Of a DNA stretch of 64,000 bases, positions 24,680 to 36,586 are shown piece after piece. The notes below the pieces were generated by a model. That model did no database searches and was not told where the DNA came from. It was given only the letters and a program-made list of their open reading frames with translations. This DNA comes from Octopus sinensis (lineage: Eukaryota), in the NCBI RefSeq assembly GCF_006345805.1, contig NC_043024.1:18600001-18664000 (forward strand), given 5' to 3'. A program made the translations under genes and the position numbers. Every line of letters begins with the position of its first letter. Within the stretch, counting starts at the first letter, position 1.

Positions 24680-25050
24680 TGTCATCATTGTCATCGGCGG
24701 TCACATCATCATCATCATCATCATCATCCACAATTTCGTCGTTGTCATCATCATCATCATCATCCACGTCGTTGTCATCGTCATCAGCATCATCATCATT
24801 CACGTCGTCCTCATCATCATCATCATCATCCACGTCGTCGTCATTATCATCCTTATCATCATCCACGTCATCGCCGTCATCATCATCATCATCCGCAACG
24901 CCATCGTCGTCATAATCATCATCCACAACGTTGTCATCATCATCATCTACAATGCCGTCATTGTCATCATCATCATCATCCACAACGTCGTCGTCATCAT
25001 CATCATCATCATCCACAACGTCGTCGTCATCATCATCATCATCATCATGT
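24680..25050. repeat. (CAT)n/(CGT)n compound microsatellite
   Basis: Read directly. Confidence 0.95.
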
Positions 25051-25374
25051 AATGTCTGTCTTCCATGTTCTTATGGGCTGGTTGGTTTTGCAGGTGCTGG
25101 CAAATTCAGGAGCCACACAAGGTCCCACAATCTGTTTTGGCTTGGCTTCTACAGCTGAATGCCCTTCCAAAAGCCAACCACTTTATAGATTGAGCAGGAT
25201 GTTTTTTATGTGACACCATCACCAGTGCCTTTTACATGGCACCATTGCCACTGCTTTTCATGCAGAACCAACACCAATGCTTTTTACATGGCACCAGCAC
25301 TTTTTATGTGACTCCATGTTATATATAATATATTCTAGAGTGTTTAGGTATATTGCTTAGATTTTCTTAACTAT

Positions 25375-25870
25375 GAAATCAAAATCAAAATCAAATTTGA
25401 TGACTGGCATCTGTGCTAGTGGAGCGCTAAGAGTACCATACGAGTGAGATCATTGCCAGACCAACAAGCTGGCCTCAGTGCCGATGGCACATAAAAAACA
25501 CCATTCAAGCGTGATTGTTATCTGTGTCACCATACTGGCACTTGTGCTAGTGGCACGTGAAAAAACATTTGAGCGAGGTCGTTGCCAGTGCTGCTGGACT
25601 GGCTCCTGTGCAGGTGGCACATAAAAAGCACCATCTGAGCGTGGCCATTGCCAGTATCACCTGACTGGCCCTCATGCCAGTGGCATATAAAAGCACCCAC
25701 TACACTCTCGGAGTGGTTGGCATTAGGAAGGGAATCCAGCTGTAGAAACACTGCCAGATCAGATTAGAGTCTGGTGCAGCCATCTGGTTTGCCAGACCTC
25801 AGTCAAATCGTCCAACCCATGCTAGCATGGAAAGCAGACGTTAAATGATGATGATGATGTTGAGGATGAT
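25375..25870 (+). mobile_element. Family C element with (AAAATC)n-like 5' end, about 4 modules
   Basis: AAAATCAAAATCAAAATC, then ~60-bp modules, then RTE-like tail and (GAT)n. Confidence 0.75.
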
Positions 25871-25928
25871 GAAGTCTTATTAGTTCACACTCTCAGTGCT
25901 GTCATAACATCCTTTGCTTAAGTCAAAA

Positions 25929-26330
25929 AGAGTGGCTGTGTGGTAAGTAGCTTGCTAACCAACCACATGGTTCTGGGTTCAGTCCCACTGCATGGCATCT
26001 TGGGCAAGTGTCTTCTGCTATACCCCCGGGCTGACCAATGCCTTGTGAGTGGATTTGGTAGACGGAAATTGAAAGAAGCCTGTCGTATATATGTATATAT
26101 GCGTGTGTGTGTTTGTGTGTCTGTGTTTGTCCCCCTAGCATTGCTTGACAACCGATGCTGGTGTGTTTACGTCCCCGTCACTTAGCGGTCCGGCAAAAGA
26201 GACCGATAGAATAAGTACTGGGCTTACAAAGTATAAGTCCCAGGGTCGATTTCCTCGACTAAAGGCGGTGCTCCAGCATGGCCGCAGTCAAATGACTGAA
26301 ACAAGTAAAAGTGTAAAAGAGTAAAAGAGT
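25929..26330 (+). mobile_element. SINE family A
   Basis: Head to (GTAAAAGA)n tail. Confidence 0.85.
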
Positions 26331-26639
26331 ATCCAAATCCTTTATCTGGGATTATCATACAATAGAAATAATTTTCATTCAAGATGTGAATATGCATGAT
26401 CTCATGTCCTTAATATTGTTCGACAACACAACAACCAGAGTTCTCTTGGTCCATTGTATTAGTTTTGTCACTTCCTTAATTTTGGATTTTAAATTTTCTA
26501 GAATATTTTTACCCACTAAATAAAATTCATCATTAATTGGATAGATTAATTTACAGCTTGCTGTCAGCCAAAAAAACTCATATGACAATATTTCAATGGA
26601 ATAAAGCAGTGAGCTTAGCAACATTTCCTCCAACTTTAC

Positions 26640-26938
26640 ATTTTGGGCCGATGCCAGCACCAAATAGACTGGCTTCTGTGCCGGTGGCACGTAAAAAGCA
26701 CCAGTCCGATCGTGGCCGTTGCCAGCCTCGCCTGGCACCTGTGCCAGTGGGACATAAAAAGTACCCATTACACTCATGGAGTGGTTGGCATTAGGAAAGG
26801 CATCCAGCTTTAGAATCACTGCCAGATCAGACTGGAGCCTGGTGCAGCCTTCTGGCTTCCCACATTCCCGGTCGAACCGTCCAACCCATGCTAGCATGGA
26901 GAACGGACGTTAAACGATGATGATAATGATGATGATGA
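26640..26938 (+). mobile_element. Family C element
   Basis: Two modules plus RTE-like tail. Confidence 0.75.
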
Positions 26939-27320
26939 GTTTAAATACCACCAAGGTCAACTTTGCCTTTCATTCTTACAGGATCAATAAAAGCAGTACC
27001 AGTTGAACACTGGGGTAAATGTAATTGACTTACCCCCTCCCGCAAAATTGCTGGCCTTGTGCTAAAATTTGAAACCACTGTTACGACAGGTTATGTTAGT
27101 TGTTACCTGGCTAGACATTCTGCTCTGTCTTTTACCACCTGTAAATTTATTGTCAATACCTGTGATTCTATGTTTATTGGCTGATGTGCGTTTGGGTTTG
27201 TTTTGTCATGTTTTAGCCATGTTTTTTAAGAGACTGTGATGGCTGTCTTTGTGTATGCAGAGCATTCGTTTGATCTGTAAGCAGAGATGCTTATTTTTGT
27301 CTAACATTATCATTATCATC

Positions 27321-27370
<50 letters not shown>

Positions 27371-27386
27371 TATCATCATCATCATC

Positions 27387-27428
<42 letters not shown>

Positions 27429-27544
27429 ATCATCATCATCTATTTCTTTACTACCCACAAGGGGCTAAACACAGAGGGGACAAACAAAGACAGACAAACG
27501 GATTGAGTCAATTACATCGACCCCAGTGCATAACTGGTACTTAA

Positions 27545-28030
27545 TTTATCATCATCATCATCATCATTGTTGTTTGATGTCTGCTTTCCATGCTGGCATG
27601 GGTTGGACGGTTTAACTGAGGGCTGGCTAGCCAGTAGGCAGCACCAGGCTCCAATCTTATCTGGCAAGGTTTCTACTGCTGGATGCCCTTCCTAACGCCA
27701 ACTACTCCAACAGTGTAGTGGGTGCTTTTTACGTTCCACTGGCACGAGGCCCAGTAATGCAGTACTGACACTGACCATGCTTGAATGGTGCTTTTTATGC
27801 GCCACCAGCATGGGAGCCAGACAGGTGGCACTGGCAACGATCACGGTCAAATGGTGCTTTTTACATGCCACCAATATGGGAACAGTCAGGTGGCACTGGC
27901 CTCGACCATGCTTGAATGGAGCTTTTTACATGCCACCGGCATGGGTGCCAATCAGATGCTACTCTCATTAGCCATGACAACAACTTCACTTGCCTCAACA
28001 GGTCTTCGCAAGTGCAGTTTATTGTCCAAT
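27545..28030 (-). mobile_element. Family C element with the longest 5' extension in the window
   Basis: Tail at ~27545, about 4 modules, and a structured hairpin extension at 27961-28027. Confidence 0.7.
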
Positions 28031-28040
28031 GAATGAAAGA

Positions 28041-28465
28041 GAAAATGTTCTCAAAGCCAGACCTCTTGAAGGCCTACCTACAGATACAGGTAGAGGGAGA
28101 TTGCACACACCATGGATCAATCAACAATCAACACACACCGTGGATTGTATAAATTCAAGCAGCTTCCTTTTGGGGTAACTGCCATATTCCAACAAGTGAT
28201 GAACAGAATGTTAAGTGATTGGGACTTTCCTATCGCTTATTTTGATGATGTTTTCATAAAGAGCAAGTCAGTGGAGCAACACTTTGAACATATTAAAAAA
28301 GTATTTGGAAAGCTAAATGAATATGGGTTTAGACTAACAGAAGAAAAGAGTGAATTTTTGATGAAAAAATCAAATATTTAGATCAAGTAATTGACGAAAG
28401 GGAATGAAGGCCAGACCCCTCAAGGGCAACGGCTATATGGAAATATGCCTTCCCCAACGAATGTC
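28041..28465 (+). pseudogene. Ty3/Gypsy reverse-transcriptase fragment
   Basis: FSKPDLLKAYLQI..TINTHRGLYKFKQLPFGV..AYFDDVFI.S...H..H...VF.KL...GF.L..EK. Confidence 0.85.
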
Positions 28466-29680
28466 AAAAAAAGATTTAATAAAAAATAACTAATTAATCG
28501 ATAATGTATTCACCCTTGTTGTTTACAACTTCTTTCCAACATTCAACAAGATTTTCAATACCTCATTGTTAGAAATCACCCAATTTCAACTCATAAAATT
28601 GATCCAACCAAGCTCCAACAAAACTTTGTGCATAGCATTTGAAAGAGATTGAAAGAGGTAGAAATCTGTTGGTGCCAAATCATGAGAATATGGTGGGTGT
28701 GGTAGCACTTCCCAGCCATGCGTTTGAATGGCTTCCTTGGTCATATTGGCAATATGAGGGAAGGCAGAAGAACTCCATGCTGCCGATTAGGTCTTTAATC
28801 TTGAATAACCATGTTGAGTTGTTCCATCTGTTGAACATAGAGTTCCGCACTGACTATTTGGTTCTCTTCAAGCAATTCATAATGGATAATCCCTTCCCAG
28901 TCCCACCATACGTACAACATCGTTTTACGTGGATGAAGATCTTATTTCACGTGAGGTGTTGCTTGTTTACCAATGCTAAGCCATTCCTTACGCTGCTTCA
29001 TATTGATGTACAGGCTCCATTTTTCATCACCAGTAATGATTCGGTAAAGAAATCATTGCTTGTGTCCATGAGTTGAGTGATGACGAGCAAGCAAACCAGC
29101 AGTGATTGTGGCTCATTGATTTTTGTTGTTGTCACTTAAAGCAGGTGAAACCCATGCTCCATATTTCTGAACCTTTCCCATCGAGTGAAGATGCTTCTCT
29201 ATAGCAGTGTGGGAGCATTTCATTTTCTCTGCCAGTTCCCTTGTCTTTTGATGAGAATTTTCTTGCAAAAGTTAGTTTAATTACTCTTCTACAAACTCAA
29301 CTGGATAGCCAGAATGAGGTGCGTCTTTGAGGTCAAAATTTCCATTTTTGAACTTGGCATACCAATCATGAGTAGTTCTTTCAGTTATGGCACCCTCTCC
29401 ATGCACAGCAAAAATATCACGAGCAGCTTTTGTGGCCTTAGAACCTTGATTTAAAAGCAAAACGAAGGAGGTGTTAAAAATGCTCATTTTTCTTAACTTG
29501 ACATTCCATTTTAATGAGCTGAAAATAAACAAAAATTAACAAGAATTAACCAGAAAAAAAACAAAGTAGATTCCAAAATGAATCAAAAAGAGAATTCTCG
29601 AAAAAAATAGATTCCAAAATTTAAAATTGCAATAAATTCCAAAATTTTAAAAAATGGCAGGAACTTAGTTGCCAACCCAA

Positions 29681-29681
<1 letters not shown>
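28465..29681 (-). mobile_element. mariner relic with one TIR
   Basis: TIR ATTGGGTTGGCAACTAAGTTCC at the right end; GSKATKAARDI.AV.GEGAITERT..DWYAKFKNGNFDLKDAP.SG.P; catalytic region decayed and antisense to ORF 28639-29076. Confidence 0.8.
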
Positions 29682-29771
<90 letters not shown>

Positions 29772-29816
29772 TATACTTATAAGCATATATATATATGAAT
29801 ATATGTGTATGTGTGT

Positions 29817-30937
29817 TCAAGGTGTAATGAAAAAGTTCCCGGACTAGTTTTGTAGTGTGCCAACAGATGGCAGCCCACTGTCACGTGCACAGTGAGAGCT
29901 AGTAGTGATCTTAATGAGCCAGTGTGCTGAGTGACATTACTGTGTTGACAAAGAGCAGATGTGAAATTTTGCATTAAACTTGGAAAGTCTGCTAAAGGGA
30001 CATTGAGGATGCTTCGGCAAGCTCACAGTGATGAGGCAATGAGTCATACACAATGTTTCAAGAGTCATGGGTGCTTCAAAAGGGGAAGAATATCCCTGGA
30101 AGGTCGATGAGTGATTTGAAAGTTCTGCTATGAGTGTCATCCCCAGAAATGTGGTTTTGTGCATTGAGAATTCACCCCCCAGGGCCAGACTATCAATCGA
30201 GAGTACTACTGGGACATTTTGAGGCGTTTGAGAGAGGACATGCAGTGAAAGCAACCGGACTTGGGTAGCATGAACAATTGGGTTCTGAACAACAACAATC
30301 TACCCCACCACCAAGCTCTTGTCACTCGTAAGTTTCTCACCCGAAACATGATCTCTCTTCCTATTCACCAGATTTAGTACTTACAGTCTTCCATTTCTTC
30401 TCCAAGAGGAAAATGCACTTAAGAGATCACATTTTAGCACTGTTGTTGAAATCTTGTACCAATCATAGAAAGTGCTTGGCTCACAGAAAGTCTTTGACTC
30501 ACAGAAAGTCTTTGACTCACAGAAAGTCCTCGGCTCACAGAAAGTCCTCAACTGACAGAAAGTCTTTGACTCACAGAAAGTCTTTGACTCACAGAAAGTC
30601 TTTGACTCACAGAAAGTCTTTGACTCACAGAAAGTCTTTGACTCACAGAAAGTCCTCGGCTCACAGAAGTCTTTGACACACAGAAAGTCCTCGGCTCACA
30701 GAAAGTCTTTGACTCACAGAAAGTCTTTGACTCACAGAAAGTCTTTGACTCACAGAAAGTCCTCGGCTCACAGAATATGACTTCCAGGCCAGATTCCAAA
30801 AGTGGTAAGAATGCTGGCACTGGTATATTGCTGCACAATGGGACTCTTTGAGAGGAGATGATGTTAAAACTTAGGTAAATAAGTTATGTTTTATTTATTA
30901 AACATAACTAGTCTGAGAACCTTTTGCTACCACCTCA
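29817..30937 (+). mobile_element. Internally deleted mariner carrying an 18-bp tandem expansion
   Basis: TIRs TCAAGGTGTAATGAAAAAGTTCCCGGACTAGT / ACTAGTCTGAGAACCTTTTGCTACCACCTCA|TA; KFCIKLGKSA..TL.ML, GQTINREYY..IL.RLRE, PYSPDL and C-terminal FQ.W..CW..I...GD motifs. Confidence 0.8.
30463..30775 (+). repeat. 18-bp minisatellite, about 17 units
   Basis: TCACAGAAAGTCTTTGAC and TCACAGAAAGTCCTCGGC units alternate, with no spacers. Confidence 0.97.
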
Positions 30938-31417
30938 TACATGTGTGTCTTTGACTCTCATTGTAAGCTTGACCATTATGACTAACATCTAATGACCGGA
31001 ACCAGGAAAAGAGTAAACAAAAATAAAGAAAGACACCAACAAACAAATCAAAACAAATAAAATAGAATAAAATAAAATATACCAACCCAAGTTTGAAAGA
31101 CATTTTCTATTATTTATTCAATTTCATTTTATTTGTTCCTTCTAAAATGAATCCCAAGATCAAGAGAGAATTTTTATGTTTTTGTTTGGTTATTTCTCTT
31201 TCCTCTTTTTTAGGATTGTGATATAATTTTTATTGCCTTCACCCCCCACCCATATTACCTTCCTGCCTCACCCCACTTACTTCTACCCACTTCTCTGGCA
31301 CACTACCCATTACAGAAATACAGCTATAGTACAATTTCTCTTTTGTCTGCTTCTGTGTGTGTGTGTGAGTGTTTTGTGTGTGTGTGCATTTATCACAAAT
31401 GATATATGTTGTGTATG

Positions 31418-31451
<34 letters not shown>

Positions 31452-31853
31452 ACACACACACACAAACACATATATGTATGTTTATAAATGTGTGTGCATA
31501 CATACATATATATATATGTACTCACATACAAAAAAATATCTACACACACCCGTATATATTTATATGTATACATGTATATATATATATATATAACACACAC
31601 ACACATGCACACATGTATATATACATTCATACATATACACATTAATTTATACAATTTATACAATTTATACATATGTTAAAATATATATGTATGTTTACAT
31701 AGACACAAACATACATATATATACATACCCACATACATACATTTATATATATATATAGATAATATATATGTGTATATGTATGAGTTTATATATATTCGTG
31801 CAGTACCCTACAACTCCACTTTGTTATATATATATATATAAATGTATATACAT

Positions 31854-31914
<61 letters not shown>

Positions 31915-31994
31915 GTGGGTGTGTTTGTATGCGAGTGTGTGTGTATATATAAGTATATATAAACATACCTACCTATTTCTGTATTTATATACAG

Positions 31995-32072
31995 GTGGGT
32001 AGATGTGTGGGTTCTGTCTTCCTGTCGTTTTGTTTAGTCGAAATAATGGAACCACGAGAACCGGCCCCAACG
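31995..32072 (+). CDS. Candidate exon: 5' UTR plus MEPREPAPT
   Basis: Acceptor TTTCTGTATTTATATACAG, donor ACG|GTGAGT; ATG at 32046 (ataATGG), 9 codons, phase 0. Confidence 0.35.
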
Positions 32073-32394
32073 GTGAGTTTCGATGTTTGTCACAGTAAAC
32101 AGAACAAAAAATGTTATTATGTTTTGAATTGTCAGATTGTTACAAAGCAAATCGGAAAATAATATAAATATCCATAGAAACGATCATGCGGAGCAAAGGG
32201 GACAGAAAAGGGGGGAAAAAAGGGGACAGAAGGGGTTAGAAGAAGTAGGGCAATTTTGTTTTGTTGTTTCTTTAAGATTATTATGGAGAATGAGGCATCC
32301 TGTCAGAAATGGAGGCGGTGGAATGAAAAATGGCAAAAAATTGTGTTGGTTTATGAATGCTGCTAATGGAATATAATCGTTAGATGTAATTATA

Positions 32395-32401
32395 TTTAAT
32401 G

Positions 32402-32438
<37 letters not shown>

Positions 32439-32478
32439 TGTTGTCTTTGTCTTTCTCATCGTCATCGTCGTCATCCTC

Positions 32479-32510
<32 letters not shown>

Positions 32511-32605
32511 CATAATCATCATCATCATCATCATCATCATCGTTGCTGTCATTGTCTTTGTCTTTGTCATCGTCGTCGTCGTCATCATCATCACCATCAT
32601 CATCC

Positions 32606-32640
<35 letters not shown>

Positions 32641-32652
32641 TTCATCATCATT

Positions 32653-32691
<39 letters not shown>

Positions 32692-32850
32692 GTTGTTGTC
32701 ATTGTCTTTGTCATTGTCGTCGTCGTCGTTGTCGTCATCCTCATCATCATTATCATCACCATCATCGTCGTCGTCTTCAACGATAATAACAGTTTTCAAC
32801 GTCAACACCGTCATTGTCTTCAGCATCATTATCATCATTGTTGTTGTCAT
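32395..32850. repeat. (CAT)n compound microsatellite
   Basis: Read directly. Confidence 0.95.
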
Positions 32851-32859
32851 TTTTGACAT

Positions 32860-33250
32860 TTTTGTTGCAGTTCCGACGTTTTATGTAACGAAAAAAATAA
32901 ACAATAAACTAAGAGTGTATACGGAATTTTCGGCTGGATTAAATGACTGTTTAGTCAAACACAATTATCAATTACCAAGTCCAGAAGAAGTGTTCTCAAA
33001 ACTAAACGGAGGGAAAATGTTCTCAAAGCCAGACCTCTTGAAGGCCTACCTACAGATACAGTTAGAGGAAGATTGCACACACCTTTTAACAATCAACACA
33101 CACCGTGGATTGTATAAATTCAAGCAGCTTCCTTTTGGGGTAACTGCAATATTCCAACAAGTGATGAACACAATGTTAAATGACTGCGACTTCACTGTCA
33201 CTTATCTTGATGATATTTTGATAAGGAGCAAGTCACTGGAGCAACACTGT
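32860..33250 (+). pseudogene. Ty3/Gypsy reverse-transcriptase fragment
   Basis: KLRVY.EFSAGLND.L....YQLPSPEEVFSKLNGGKMFSKPDL.KAYLQI..HRGLYKFKQLPFGV..YLDDILI.S. Confidence 0.88.
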
Positions 33251-33283
33251 ATATATCTATATCTATCTATCTATCTATCTATC

Positions 33284-33354
<71 letters not shown>

Positions 33355-33361
33355 TGTAAAT

Positions 33362-33568
33362 AAGAGTCTCAGAAGTTGTGCACCATTCTGGTTTTTTTTT
33401 AAAAGAATACACCTTTATTGATTTCAAAAACACTTTATTGAAATTAATCGTAACAAATGCTCAAATTGAGCAACGTTTACAATAAAACATGCTGAAAAAA
33501 TATAAAATAAAATGTTTTAATTATTTTTCATGAAAACCAGAATGGTGCGCGACTTCTGGGACACCCTA
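33362..33568. mobile_element. Tc1/mariner-type MITE
   Basis: TIRs AGAGTCTCAGAAGTTGTGCACCATTCTGGTTTT / AAAACCAGAATGGTGCGCGACTTCTGGGACACCCT. Confidence 0.7.
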
Positions 33569-33610
33569 TGTATATATATATATATACTTTATTTAAAGCA
33601 GCAGAAAATT

Positions 33611-33701
33611 CAACAAAACCTGTTACTCTGAGTTTCCTGTTGCCGTTCATCGGACAGTTTTTGCTGTCTGATGAACGGCAATGGGAAACTCAAAGTAACA
33701 G
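33611..33701. ncRNA. Pair of overlapping inverted hammerhead motifs
   Basis: Minus 33611-33666: 13-position stem I with one mismatch, core CCGAUGA. Plus 33664-33701: CUGU CUGAUGA ACGGCAAUGG GAAAC UCAAA GUA ACAG. Confidence 0.55.
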
Positions 33702-33811
33702 GTTTTGTTGAATTTTCTGCTGCTTTAAATAAAGCATATTACTCTACCACTGGTATTTGAGTACTCTTTTTTCCACCTTGTTTCACATTTATGTGTTTAC
33801 TCCGGGATATA

Positions 33812-33850
<39 letters not shown>

Positions 33851-34207
33851 TGTTTTTTTGTTTGTTTTTATTTGTCTTTTTTGGCATTTGTAACTTTTGT
33901 GGCCTTGAATTTATGAACTATACAAACTACTCATTAAAGAAAGAAAAAATATATTTATGCAAAGATATACAAAAGTGAGGAAATTCAAAGACATCCAGCA
34001 GTGCCTTTAGAACAATCTACCAAATGAAGTACCAACAGCACACAGTTGTTGCTGAATCCTATTTCTTTGTGTAATTATTTATAAAATAATTTTTATGTAA
34101 ATGTGTGAGAATGAAAACTCCAACTTAAAGCACAGAAACAAATGTTGCAATTTGTAATAAAATCCTGTTTTCCTCCATCTTCTTGTATAAATTTTTATAT
34201 CATCACA

Positions 34208-34597
34208 TACTCTCTCTTTTATACTCTTTTACTTGTTTCAGTCATTTGACTGCGGCCATGCTAGAGCTCCACCTCTAGTCGAGCAAATCGACCCCAGGAC
34301 TTATTCTTTGTAAGCCCAGTACTTATTCTATCGGTCTCTTTTGCTGAACCACTAAGTGATGGGGACGTAAACACACCAGCATCGGTTGTCAAGCAATGCT
34401 AGGGGGACAAACACAGACACACAAACACACACATACAAATATACGACAGGCTTCTTTCAGTTTCTGTCTACCAAATCCACTCACAAGGCATTGGTCGGCC
34501 CGGGGCTATAGTAGAAGACACTTGCCCAAGGTGCCATGCAGTGGGACTGAACCCGGAACCATGTGGTTGGTAAACAAGCTACTTACCACACAGCCAC
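34208..34597 (-). mobile_element. SINE family A between ~130-bp direct repeats
   Basis: Alignment to other copies; flanks 34076-34207 versus 34598-34672 plus 35172-35228. Confidence 0.85.
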
Positions 34598-34672
34598 TAT
34601 TTATGAAATAATTTTTATATATGTGTGAGAATGAAAACTCGACAACTTAAAGCACAGAAACATATGTTGCAA

Positions 34673-35171
34673 TCTTTATATATAAAAGTAAGGTTGTGTG
34701 TCTGTCTGTCTCCTACGATTTAGATTCCTAACTACTCCCACATTTTGCGGTGCAGTTTAACCAAAACCGGGTATCTTATAGTCATGATTCATATCAAGCC
34801 CTTCTGGGTATTAGCTTGCGTCTATGATGAGTCTACGATTTAAAAAAATTACCCTCATTTTTTTCCATTTTAATGCATTTTTTTTAGCTATTATATAAGG
34901 GAAGTAACTCTCTAAAAATGTCTACGATGAGTCAACGATTTCAAATAAAATTTACCATCATTTTTTCCATTTTAATGCATTTTTTCGCTATTATATAAGG
35001 GAAGTAACTCTCTAAAAATGTCTACGATGAGTCAACGATTTAAAAAAAATTTACCATCATTTTTTTCCACTTTTAATGCATTTTTTTGCTATTTTTTGGC
35101 TATAACTCTCTAAAAATGCTTATATAGTTATTTCCTTTACAAACCCGAGCAACACCGGGCGATACTGCTAG
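34673..35171 (+). mobile_element. Non-autonomous Helitron (499 bp)
   Basis: a|TCTTTATATATAAA start; CCCGAGCAACACCGGG hairpin, then CTAG|t end; no TSD; paralogous empty site at 34150/34151; internal tandem duplication. Confidence 0.9.
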
Positions 35172-36189
35172 TTTGTTATAAAATCCTGTTTTCCTCCATC
35201 TTCTTGTATGAATTTTTATATCATCACAGATATATATTCATACTTAGACACACAATTTTCATCAATCAAATCTGCAGCATTCAATCACGTTAGAATATGT
35301 TCATCAGCGTGAATCTATTTTGGCAGACAGCTACCTAAGGTGGTCTGCAGTCGAAGCAAACTCAGATTGATAAAGCGGCAGAGCGAAATTCTTCAGACGA
35401 CATCCATATCTGCAACCACATGCTTAACAACAACAACAACAACAGCTAAGACCATAGCAGCAACAGCAACAACACCAAGAACAACATAGACGATGTACCA
35501 TAACCACATATCCAATCATTTCAATTTGCGATGCAACTCATCTTTCATCGGTCGGGAAAATATTTGAAAAAAAAAAAGGCATTATATCTTTGTATAGATA
35601 CAAATAATCATTTTAACACTAATTGGAGCTGTATTATCACCAGGGTAACATTAAGAATCCAAGGAAACTAGTAATGGTCAGTATCGACTACCAGTAAGAA
35701 TTGGTCAATAAGAGAGTTAGGATTGGATTGTTAGATAAATTTAATTATGGTGCGGAGTGAAGAATATATGATTTATTATCTCAGTAATAATGTATTATCT
35801 TGACTCATGTAAGTCTTTAACCAGAATGTAATATTGATTCAATACAATGGCAAGAGACCAGGAATTTATACAAGGGAAGATATATAGGTGTTAATAGTAA
35901 TGTAGGTTGCTGTAGTTGAAATGTTTTCTTTGTAAACTTTGGAAGTTCATTGTACAGTTTTCAATCCCCACTTTGGTCAAATGTCATTTAGAATTTGTGA
36001 GATGAAAACTGTGTGGAAGCTTATGATATGTCTACTCACTCAGAACTGATTTGGTGTTAATATGAACTGCATGGTAGAACTAAGTTAGTTAGGTTTCAAT
36101 CCCATTTCTCACCTTTTTGGGGGAACGCCCTTTATCATAAGTTTAGATTTGGTTTATAAAATTTGGTAGTAAGAAATTGTGAAGAAGCT

Positions 36190-36586
36190 TACTCTTACTC
36201 TTTTACTCGTTTCAGTCATTTGACTACGGCCATGCTGGAGCACCGCCTTTAGTCGAGCAACTCAACCCCGGGACTTATTCTTTTATAAGCCCTGTACTTA
36301 TTCTATCGGTCTCTTTTGCCGAACCACTAAGTAACGGAGACATAAACACACCAGCATCGGTTGTCAAGCAATGCTAGGGGGACAAACACAGACACACAAA
36401 CATATACACACACATACATATACATATATATATATACATATATACGACAGGCTTCTTTCAGTTTCCGTCTACTAAATCCACTCACAAGGCATTGGTTGGC
36501 CCAAGGCTATAGTAGAAGACACTTGCTCAAGGTGCTATGTAGTGGGACTGAACCTGGAACCATGTGGTTGGTAAAGCAAGCTACTT
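36190..36586 (-). mobile_element. SINE family A
   Basis: Alignment to other copies; head slightly truncated. Confidence 0.85.

Noticed and set aside
24630-25158. Poly-Asp/Ser/Ile/Met ORFs here and at 32184-32859, 43102-43856 and 50158-50988
   Set aside because: (CAT)n and (ATT)n microsatellite translations.
26379-26897. 172-aa minus ORF, and similar ORFs over SINE or family C copies (e.g. 48574-49149, 1788-2381)
   Set aside because: Chance read-through across non-coding repeats and junctions; no domain recognised.
30463-30775. CRISPR-like reading of the regular repeat array
   Set aside because: Head-to-tail 18-bp units with no unique spacers, eukaryotic context, and no cas genes.
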